Source: an uncultured Thalassobaculaceae bacterium (lineage in GTDB: Bacteria; Pseudomonadota; Alphaproteobacteria; Thalassobaculales; Thalassobaculaceae). Taken from it: 64,000 nucleotides of DNA. Made by a program: the position numbers and the translations under genes. Shown piece by piece: positions 26,401-32,281 of this stretch (within the stretch, counting starts at the first letter, position 1; each line of letters starts with the position of its first letter). The notes under the pieces are model-generated. The model was given only the letters and a program-made list of their open reading frames with translations, was not told the DNA's origin and made no database searches. The stretch lies in NCBI GenBank assembly GCA_964276085.1, contig CAXYEO010000026.1:1305-65304 (forward strand). The letters run 5' to 3'.

Positions 26401-28489
26401 CTGTGTGGGCCACCGTTACCTGATCACTGGCATTTACCGAAACAGAACTGCCGCCACCACTCCCAGCCGTAGCTTGCGACGACGCTGTTATCGTATAGGA
26501 ATTAGAAGAGACATCAGCCACCTGGAAGTCGCCATTGAGGCTCACACCATCGATCGATGCACCTCCACTGAAATTAACCGTCTCTCCATTGCTAAACGGA
26601 TGTCCTGTGTGGGCCACCGTGACCTGGTCGCTTGCATTAACCGTAACGGAACCTCCACCACCAGTAGCTGCCGCACTTCCGGGTGACCCTAACAAAAATT
26701 CATATGAATTCGTTGACTGATTCTGTACCGTGAAAGAACTATTCAAGCTCTGCCCGCCAACAGTAGATGCACCGCTGAAAATTACATTATCTCCGTCACT
26801 AAATGGATGCCCTGCGTGGTTCACCTGCACTCTATTCGTCGCGAACGTTCCAGAAGAACCACCACCATTTTCGTTGGTCGCTGGAGGAGAACCCAAATCA
26901 ACACCCACATCAATATGAATTACATTACTGTTTCGAACCGAGTGGACCGTATACGTTCCGTTTAGATCTGCGCCGAACGCATCACTAGTGCCTGAAACCG
27001 TAATCTTATCTCCCGCTTGAAGTCCATGGTCTTCAATTCTCAATTTAAGTATCGCTGTATTGTCACTGTCGCGAGCAGGAGTGGCATCAGCAAACCATTC
27101 CCAAGGATTCCCCGGAAGATCACCACCTTTAATGGTAAATGGATTAGAGCCCAGCGTTCCATCCTGAACGGTAAATGGATTAGAGCCCAGTGTCCCGCTT
27201 TGAACAGTAAATGGATTAGAACCAAGGGTTCCTGATTGCACCGTGATCGGGTTATTTCCAAGAGACCCAGACTGATATGCATAATCAAGCTTCTTCGCCT
27301 CATAAGAATTTGGCTGCCCCGCATCCACGGTGCCTCCACCCGGTTTAAATAAATTAATATTCTTTCCAGTATTTGGATCGGTAAACCTAGCAGTATGGTT
27401 AACAAGATCGGGTATTCTTGCCGCAAGCTCGGCAAAACTTGCTTTTTGAGAGTCAAAATTTGCCTGTATCTCCTCAACGCGCATGTTAGCTACAAGCTCG
27501 TCTAATTGCTTTAATATAGGTTCCAACTCATCAATAGCCGCTTTCGCAGCAAAATTAGCCCCTGCTATATTTTTAAGTTTTTTAACCGCACTCGTTTGAA
27601 TAGCGATTTCTTTGTCGTTTTCTCCACTCTCACTTGTATCCATGTGACTGGGTAAATTAAATTGCAAAGTACGAAGGTTATTTAAGCGAGTATTTATGAT
27701 TGATAAGGTAGACTCCGCATTTGTCACTTGCGATTTCGCAACCTCTACCGCTTGTATATCATTCCTTATTTTTGCTTGATTATCTATACTCAGCTCAGCC
27801 TCCCCAACATTAATGGCGGCTTTTTTCACATCGAATTTAGATTCAATTAATTGTAGTTGTCTCTCAAGCGATTGGGACGCTATCTGCGGAGGTAGTCTTA
27901 AAGCTGTAGTCGCTATCGTTCTCAACTGCATATTACCAAGAAGACCAGCAGTACTTGTTATAGAATTTATGTTTCTTAGAAAGAAAAATGCTTTAGCGAT
28001 TTCACCGTTTCCTCCACCCACATCAAGTTCGAACCTGTTCTGCAGATACTTGTCAATAAGATTTTGCTGGCTACTAGCCGTTGTTAAACTGCGTAATTCA
28101 CGTTTCTCAAAATTCACAAAATTTGCTAATTCGGCAAATCGAGGATCGTTCAATCTATTAGCAAATGAATTCAGATCGCTTGTATCACTTTTAAGGACAG
28201 CCTTGATTTTTCCCCCATTATTAATTTCTGACCCGAGGTCAAAGGCAGTCAAAAGTATTTGAAGGGATTTCCTATCTTTTACTAACTCATCGACATCCTT
28301 GAACCCAGAAACTTTATTTTTAAAGGTCTCGATATCCTTTTGAACATCTTTACGATTAAAGAAACTCTCTCGAAGCTTGCCCTCATTTTTACTAATTTGT
28401 TTAAAGAGCGCCAGTGATGATATAGTATTCTGGGCTGCCCCGCCCACATTACCACCTAAAATACCTAGTGCTGATGCACCATTAAGCAT
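23450..28489 (-). CDS. Giant (1,679 aa) DUF1217-like N-terminal domain, helical-segment and repeat-module protein of unknown function
   Basis: Uninterrupted 5,040-nt ORF with a GGAGA RBS 7 nt upstream of the ATG. Residues 25-225 have DUF1217-type blocks (SLQILLTAFDLGSEINNGGKIKAVLKSD, SFANRLNDPRFAELANF, TALRLPPQIASQSLERQLQLI). These are followed by helical N/Q-rich segments, 12-aa repeats and ten ~70-aa modules. There is no signal peptide. Confidence 0.9.
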   Translation of the reverse strand: MLNGASALGILGGNVGGAAQNTISSLALFKQISKNEGKLRESFFNRKDVQKDIETFKNKVSGFKDVDELVKDRKSLQILLTAFDLGSEINNGGKIKAVLKSDTSDLNSFANRLNDPRFAELANFVNFEKRELRSLTTASSQQNLIDKYLQNRFELDVGGGNGEIAKAFFFLRNINSITSTAGLLGNMQLRTIATTALRLPPQIASQSLERQLQLIESKFDVKKAAINVGEAELSIDNQAKIRNDIQAVEVAKSQVTNAESTLSIINTRLNNLRTLQFNLPSHMDTSESGENDKEIAIQTSAVKKLKNIAGANFAAKAAIDELEPILKQLDELVANMRVEEIQANFDSQKASFAELAARIPDLVNHTARFTDPNTGKNINLFKPGGGTVDAGQPNSYEAKKLDYAYQSGSLGNNPITVQSGTLGSNPFTVQSGTLGSNPFTVQDGTLGSNPFTIKGGDLPGNPWEWFADATPARDSDNTAILKLRIEDHGLQAGDKITVSGTSDAFGADLNGTYTVHSVRNSNVIHIDVGVDLGSPPATNENGGGSSGTFATNRVQVNHAGHPFSDGDNVIFSGASTVGGQSLNSSFTVQNQSTNSYEFLLGSPGSAAATGGGGSVTVNASDQVTVAHTGHPFSNGETVNFSGGASIDGVSLNGDFQVADVSSNSYTITASSQATAGSGGGSSVSVNASDQVTVAHTGHPFSNGETVNFSGGASIDGVSLNGNFQVAGVSSNSYTITAGSQIKVGSGGGSSVSVNASDQVTIAHSGHKFAIGDHVTLSNASTVGGLNLNGTFEISDIAENSYTITFSSKGTAAIGGGNTIGYGHSLGNNPFTTSNGSPDVTVTHNGHGLSVGDVVAYSNGSSVGGLDLDKTFRVSGITSSNAYTITAQSNATSSVSGGGGAVGFTLDELASIVDTTASSISASNKDLATFLTKIASAASTVASASLSDALADTDTAKGFLNDSNTEFSNANRIISVNNSTFASETGKVNWGASLNTSGLAKGQASIDDSILRVSKVDEDLRKIATLANQTITSETQAEYIDLRADIVSLLGAPGTIKGTDTGTLANNPFATNNGSATVTVTDAAHQFIAGDSITFSGASAVGGLDVNSTFTIASVSANTYTITAGSSASSSASGGGGSVSFTGTPTETLDNLLDLDKLGSNPFTTTSGSSTVTVEHNSHGFSTGEYVTFDNVASSPINGLRVGIGDQRTFLVTVTDSNHYTITADTLTDPLTTTAGSSTVSAEIEGHGFNVNDTVTFSGGSAVGGLTLNGTFTITGITNANHFTFNAGSTASSGTKGGGTIAVQATGNGAGGGSSVRLKDTYNIRPSPDGSEQLAINSELRDIDSSGPYGLSDSTRLASLLPSALNSGNAANVITGANTLSKNAETVRKNLQTDKVKFDFYANVADPQGAIDTEIRKLRSELDGIFASAEKDGKNLIADFASDIVVQIDTLGKKVTIEAQDTIKEVLDGKFSDHYFAVLNGEGASITTLGSSPFATVKDSATVTVTQANHTFKEDDFVSFRSIAGSNVNGVDLNNTFLITNVSDGAYTFTANTAATATGSGGGSSVEVSSVTDRINLITDAKFLVDSAFSKMKSKRVALNIELSILNNRLNREPEVETQFLKPLKNTDYAIKFIEKYLLIQDLATTGNSIVPTNNNALAVGLIKNISPSKGIGLSVNMLS
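23840..27058 (-). repeat. Array of ten ~70-aa coding modules (consensus GSNPFTT-x3-GS-x-VTV-x-H-x-GH-x-F-x2-GD-x-V-x-FSG-x-S-x-VGGL-x-LNG-x-F-x-V-x2-V-x3-SYTITA-...-GGGGS), interrupted by two helical spacers
   Basis: Modules are centred on residues 485, 558, 626, 694, 762, 843, 1082, 1176, 1245 and 1508 of the giant ORF. Each has the (H/A)-x-(G/S/A/N)-H-x-(F/L)...(G/D/N)(D/E)-x-(V/I)...LN motif. Confidence 0.8.
26240..26647 (-). repeat. Two nearly identical tandem 204-bp (68-aa) units inside the module array
   Basis: Residues 615-682 and 683-750 differ at only a handful of positions. The DNA is near-identical with a 204-bp period: GATCACTGGCATT recurs at 26218 and 26422. Similarity fades into the flanking units. 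Confidence 0.9.
27092..27271 (-). repeat. Five tandem 36-bp (12-aa) units: SGSLGNNPITVQ / SGTLGSNPFTVQ x2 / DGTLGSNPFTIK / GGDLPGNPWEWF
   Basis: Residues 407-466 of the giant ORF. The DNA shows GGTAAATGGATTAGAGCCCAG repeated in phase. Confidence 0.85.
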
Positions 28490-28536
28490 ATACTGTCTCC
28501 GCTTCTGCAGAATCCCAACGACCTGCTGCGCAGGAC

Positions 28537-28553
28537 ATGCAAATGTCGGGCCA
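28537..28553 (-). promoter_or_regulatory. Candidate sigma-54 (-24/-12) promoter of the giant gene
   Basis: Minus strand reads C-TGGCCCG-ACAT-TTGCA-T against consensus YTGGCACGR-N3-TTGCW, with GG and GC spaced exactly as in the consensus. It lies 48 nt upstream of the ATG at 28489. Confidence 0.6.
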
Positions 28554-28649
28554 GTTCATTTTGAACCTTATTTTAAACGTAAGACTAATTAGAAATATTA
28601 TCAAGTAAAACTAACTAAATACTCAGTACTCTAAAATGAAAGAAAAAAA

Positions 28650-30434
28650 ATGTTCACAACTAGACCGGAACTTATTGGTACTTTTGGTGTTGTCACTACT
28701 ACCCATTGGCTCGGTTCTGCCGTAGGCATGTCAATACTTGAAAAGGGAGGAAATGCTTTTGATGCGGCCGTCGCAACCGGGTTCTCCTTGCAAGTTTTCG
28801 AACCCCATTTAAATGGTCCAGGCGGCGATATGCCAGTGATTTTCCAAACTGCGGGTGCTCAAGCCCCAGAAGTCTTATGCGGTCAGGGCACGATCCCAGC
28901 AGCAGCCTCTCTTCAAAAATTTGGAGAACTCGAGTTAGACCTAATACCAGGTAGTGGTTTACTATGTGCCGTGGTACCTGGAGCGTTTGATGCGTGGATG
29001 CTTTTGTTAAGGGATCATGGAACTATGACCTTATCCGAAGTTTTAGGCCCTGCTATATCGTACGCGCGTGACGGTTATCCTGTTGTGCCCCGAATATCCG
29101 CAACCATAGACACTGTGCGTGAGTTGTTCGAAACAGAATGGAAAACATCTGCTGATATTTATCTACCCGGAGGAAAGCCACCCGCACCTGGTACAATCTT
29201 CAAAAACCCAGCGATGGCTCGTACATATGAGAAAATCGTTAGGGAATCAGAGGGAGTTAAAGGCAACCGAGAGAAGCAAATAGAACATGCGAGGAGCATC
29301 TGGTATCGTGGTTGGGTTGCAGAGGAAATAGACAAATTCTGCCGTACGCAGGAAGTTATGGACGTCTCAGGTCGACGCCATAAAGGTTTGTTAACTGGCG
29401 AGGATATGGCCTCTTGGCAAGCAACCTATGATACCCCTTTGACTTATAATTATGGGGATTACACCGTATGTAAATGCGGTCCCTGGAGCCAGGGTCCTGT
29501 TCTACTTCAACAATTAGCGATTTTAGATGGGATGGGAGTAAGCTCTATGGATCCAACTGGACCAGACTTCGTCCACGCAACCGTAGAAGCTGCAAAATTA
29601 GCGTTTGCTGATCGCGAGGCATATTATGGAGACCCCGACTTTATAGATGTTCCGATGGATAAATTATTAAGTTCCGAATACAATGCGGAACGAAGAGCTT
29701 TAATAACGCAACAGGCTTCTGACAAATTGATCCCAGGAAAAATTGATGGATATTTAGGGTCCATAGATAAAGCAATTGATGACCGATCGGGCCTGACAGT
29801 AGAAGCGTCTATGGGGGTTGGTGAACCGACGGTTGCTAAAACTGGTGTTTCGACTGGCGATACGGTTCATCTAGATATTATCGATAGATTTGGGAATATG
29901 GTTTCTTGCACTCCCAGTGGCGGATGGCTGCAAAGTTCGCCTATAATCCCAGAACTTGGTTTCTGCCTAGGCAATAGAGGACAAATGTTTTGGTTAGATG
30001 AGAATTCGCCATCCGCTTTAGTACCGGGAAAACGACCTCGAACAACGCTGTCGCCCTCGCTTGCTCTAAAGAACGGAAAACCCTACATGGTTTTTGGCAC
30101 ACCCGGTGGTGACCAACAAGATCAATGGTCGACGCTTATGTTTTTGCACCACGTAGACCATGGCATGAACCTTCAAGAGGCTATTGATTGCCCAGCATTT
30201 CATACAGACCACTTTCCAAGCTCTTTCTGGCCGCGTTCCTATCAGCCTAAAAAAGTTGTTTTAGAGGATCAGTTTTCTGAATATACGGTAACAGAACTGA
30301 GACGTCGTGGCCACGACGTAGAAGTCAGTGATCCATGGTCTGAAGGTAGATTGACAGGAGCATCACGTGATGGAGGGGTTTTAAAAGCCGCAGCAAATGC
30401 CCGAGGCATGCAGGGATACGCGGCGGGAAGGTAA
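28650..30434 (+). CDS. Gamma-glutamyltransferase family protein
   Basis: 594-aa ORF with GGNAFDAAVATGFSLQVFEPHLNGPGGD, a nucleophile region STGDTVHLDIIDRFGNMVSCTPSGG, and GTPGGDQQDQ near the C-terminus. Confidence 0.85.
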   Translation: MFTTRPELIGTFGVVTTTHWLGSAVGMSILEKGGNAFDAAVATGFSLQVFEPHLNGPGGDMPVIFQTAGAQAPEVLCGQGTIPAAASLQKFGELELDLIPGSGLLCAVVPGAFDAWMLLLRDHGTMTLSEVLGPAISYARDGYPVVPRISATIDTVRELFETEWKTSADIYLPGGKPPAPGTIFKNPAMARTYEKIVRESEGVKGNREKQIEHARSIWYRGWVAEEIDKFCRTQEVMDVSGRRHKGLLTGEDMASWQATYDTPLTYNYGDYTVCKCGPWSQGPVLLQQLAILDGMGVSSMDPTGPDFVHATVEAAKLAFADREAYYGDPDFIDVPMDKLLSSEYNAERRALITQQASDKLIPGKIDGYLGSIDKAIDDRSGLTVEASMGVGEPTVAKTGVSTGDTVHLDIIDRFGNMVSCTPSGGWLQSSPIIPELGFCLGNRGQMFWLDENSPSALVPGKRPRTTLSPSLALKNGKPYMVFGTPGGDQQDQWSTLMFLHHVDHGMNLQEAIDCPAFHTDHFPSSFWPRSYQPKKVVLEDQFSEYTVTELRRRGHDVEVSDPWSEGRLTGASRDGGVLKAAANARGMQGYAAGR

Positions 30435-30517
30435 TAACCGAATACTTTGTTTGAAATTGCTTCCAGAAAGATGGAAAGTTCAAGTATGTTATTTTCAGTT
30501 GCTTACGGGACCATCAA

Positions 30518-31015
30518 ATGAAGAAAATATTAATAATATTTATTCTACCATTAGTCCTTCTTCTTGGGGCTGGGGCCGGAGCATTTTTCTTTGGTTTAAT
30601 TCCAGGCTTTGGTGCTGAAACGAATGTGGCAGCTGAGGCACAATTGTCCGAAAAGAGGGCAGCTGAAAGAAAAATTGTTCCAGAAGCTTTCAATAAAGCA
30701 TCGCTAATGTCCCTGGAATTCTGGATGGATGAATTTGTTATTAATTTACAAACACAGCGACGGAACCCAGTATTTCTTTTGTTTAGTATGGCATTGATCC
30801 TCTCTGGCGAAGAGGCAAAGGCAAAAGTAAAACTACTGGAACCACGCATAAGAGATTCGGTTAATATATTTCTCAGCAGCCTAACCCCGGAACAGTTGTC
30901 CGGCTATGATGGAATTAGAATGTTAAGACAGGAAATTTGGAATAGATCAAATGAAATAATCGAAGATTCAACCTCTTTGGAGAATATCCAAATACTAAAA
31001 TTAACTATCAAATGA
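30518..31015 (+). CDS. fliL: FliL-like flagellar basal-body-associated protein
   Basis: 165-aa ORF with a single N-terminal TM (ILIIFILPLVLLLGAGAGAFFF). FVINLQTQRRNPVFLLFSMALIL...LEPRIRDSVNIFLSSLTPEQLSGYDGIRMLRQEIWNRSNEII matches the FliL pattern (f-v-NL...PriRD...L-G-G...Lr-Ei). Confidence 0.65.
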   Translation: MKKILIIFILPLVLLLGAGAGAFFFGLIPGFGAETNVAAEAQLSEKRAAERKIVPEAFNKASLMSLEFWMDEFVINLQTQRRNPVFLLFSMALILSGEEAKAKVKLLEPRIRDSVNIFLSSLTPEQLSGYDGIRMLRQEIWNRSNEIIEDSTSLENIQILKLTIK

Positions 31016-31024
31016 TTAGCTTCT

Positions 31025-31771
31025 TTAATCGCTTTTTTCTAATGAATTTGTCTCTGTTTCGATCATATCTTCTAATTTTTTCATAAACTCTTTTCGATCC
31101 ATCCCAGGACGGATGTAATTCAACACCTTAACCGTAATCATTCCTGGTTTCTTAATGAACGCTTTACGTGGCCAAAAAGTCCCCGAATTCAAAGCAACTG
31201 GAACAACTGGTACCTTCAAAGCTCGATAAACCGCAAAGACACCTGAGTGATAGTTCTGCTTTTCACCAGAAGCAACCCGGGTTCCTTGAGGAAATATGAT
31301 GATTGGCCGACCTATATTCGCCCATCTCCTTGCCGCGAAAAGCATCGATTTTAGAGCACTAGTACGACCAGATCTATCTATTGGAACCATCCCAACTTTT
31401 TCTATAAACCGTCCAAGTATTGGTAGTTTTAATAACTCTTTCTTAAGAACAATAGAAGGATCTGGAAATATTAAATGTAGGGCCAAAGTCTCCCAAGCTG
31501 ATTGATGTTTTGAGGCAACCATGAAACGGCCTTTCGGCAAATTTTCTAATCCTTCTACTCGATAATCTAAGCCTACAACTATCTTTAAGCTCAGTATAAT
31601 AAACCTGACCCATCTATCTCTTAGCCAGCAAACCCCCTTCCTCGAACCAATCAAAAGAGGAAATGCTAAAAGCCCCATCAACAAGATGGTAACAATCAAT
31701 ATAAAATTAAAAATAACAGAGCGAATTATAATCACTACAAAGCCCAAATAAACTGTATGGATAACAAGCAA
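31025..31771 (-). CDS. plsC: 1-acyl-sn-glycerol-3-phosphate acyltransferase (lysophospholipid acyltransferase)
   Basis: 248-aa ORF with an N-terminal TM, acyltransferase motif I SKHQSAWET (H-x4-E variant), FIEKVGMVPIDR and IIFPQGTR. It apparently starts at TTG. Confidence 0.75.
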   Translation of the reverse strand: MLVIHTVYLGFVVIIIRSVIFNFILIVTILLMGLLAFPLLIGSRKGVCWLRDRWVRFIILSLKIVVGLDYRVEGLENLPKGRFMVASKHQSAWETLALHLIFPDPSIVLKKELLKLPILGRFIEKVGMVPIDRSGRTSALKSMLFAARRWANIGRPIIIFPQGTRVASGEKQNYHSGVFAVYRALKVPVVPVALNSGTFWPRKAFIKKPGMITVKVLNYIRPGMDRKEFMKKLEDMIETETNSLEKSD

Positions 31772-31830
31772 TGGTTTTTATATATATTTAAACTAACATT
31801 TTCTAACTGTCACGAAAACTGAATTCCAGA

Positions 31831-32169
31831 ATGAATGAAATCCATAAAGCAATTAGAGGTATCCTCGATCAACTTGCAATCAAACAATCTACAATTTCAT
31901 ATAAGAGCCTTGCTGATTGCGTTGGAATTACTCCTCCAGGACAAATAAAAAAAATAACGGACATTCTCGAAACCTTAATAATTGAGGATCATAACGAGAA
32001 CCGACCATTAATAGGTGCCTTAGTAACTGGACGAAATGGACTTCCTGGCCGTGGTTTTTTTCAACTATGTAAAAAAATCAATCGATATTTTGGGCCTGAC
32101 ACCGGCCCACAAGCTTTAGTTTTTCATGAGTTGGAGAGGAAATTAGTTTATAACTCTAAAAAACTTTAA
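31831..32169 (+). CDS. Hypothetical protein (possible winged-helix fold)
   Basis: 112-aa ORF. ISYKSLADCVGITPPGQI... is faintly reminiscent of the MGMT/ATL C-terminal DNA-binding region but lacks the PCHR motif. I recognise no family. Confidence 0.45.
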   Translation: MNEIHKAIRGILDQLAIKQSTISYKSLADCVGITPPGQIKKITDILETLIIEDHNENRPLIGALVTGRNGLPGRGFFQLCKKINRYFGPDTGPQALVFHELERKLVYNSKKL

Positions 32170-32281
32170 ATCCATATTTCTATTTAAAAAAATCAAAGTC
32201 CCGATATAAAGGAAGTTTAATTAGCAGACCTGGCTGATCACAGAATAAGATGTTAGAAGAGAAAGCTTAGGGGATTTAAAA

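Noticed and set aside
26240-27271. Regularly spaced direct repeats (204-bp and 36-bp periods) that could suggest a CRISPR or satellite array
   Set aside because: The repeats are contiguous with no unique spacers. They are in frame and translate into conserved protein modules within one ORF. No cas genes are present.
23450-28489. Giant repeat protein as a prophage tail-fibre gene
   Set aside because: No capsid, terminase, portal, tail, integrase or lysis genes flank it. The neighbours are nadX and ggt. The N-terminus looks like DUF1217 rather than a tail-fibre adaptor.
23670-28592. Numerous plus-strand ORFs of 60-160 aa in the track (for example 26201..26686, 25506..25925, 27813..28262) lying inside the giant minus-strand gene
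   Set aside because: They are antisense shadows of a long repeat-rich ORF. Their translations are low-complexity (R/T/P/S-rich), repeat with the same 204-bp period, and have no start context. The minus-strand frame is open for 5 kb with coherent domain structure.
30397-30849. ORFs 30397..30618 (+) and 30514..30849 (-) overlapping the end of ggt and fliL
   Set aside because: They overlap better-supported genes in other frames or strands. They have no motifs and no RBS.
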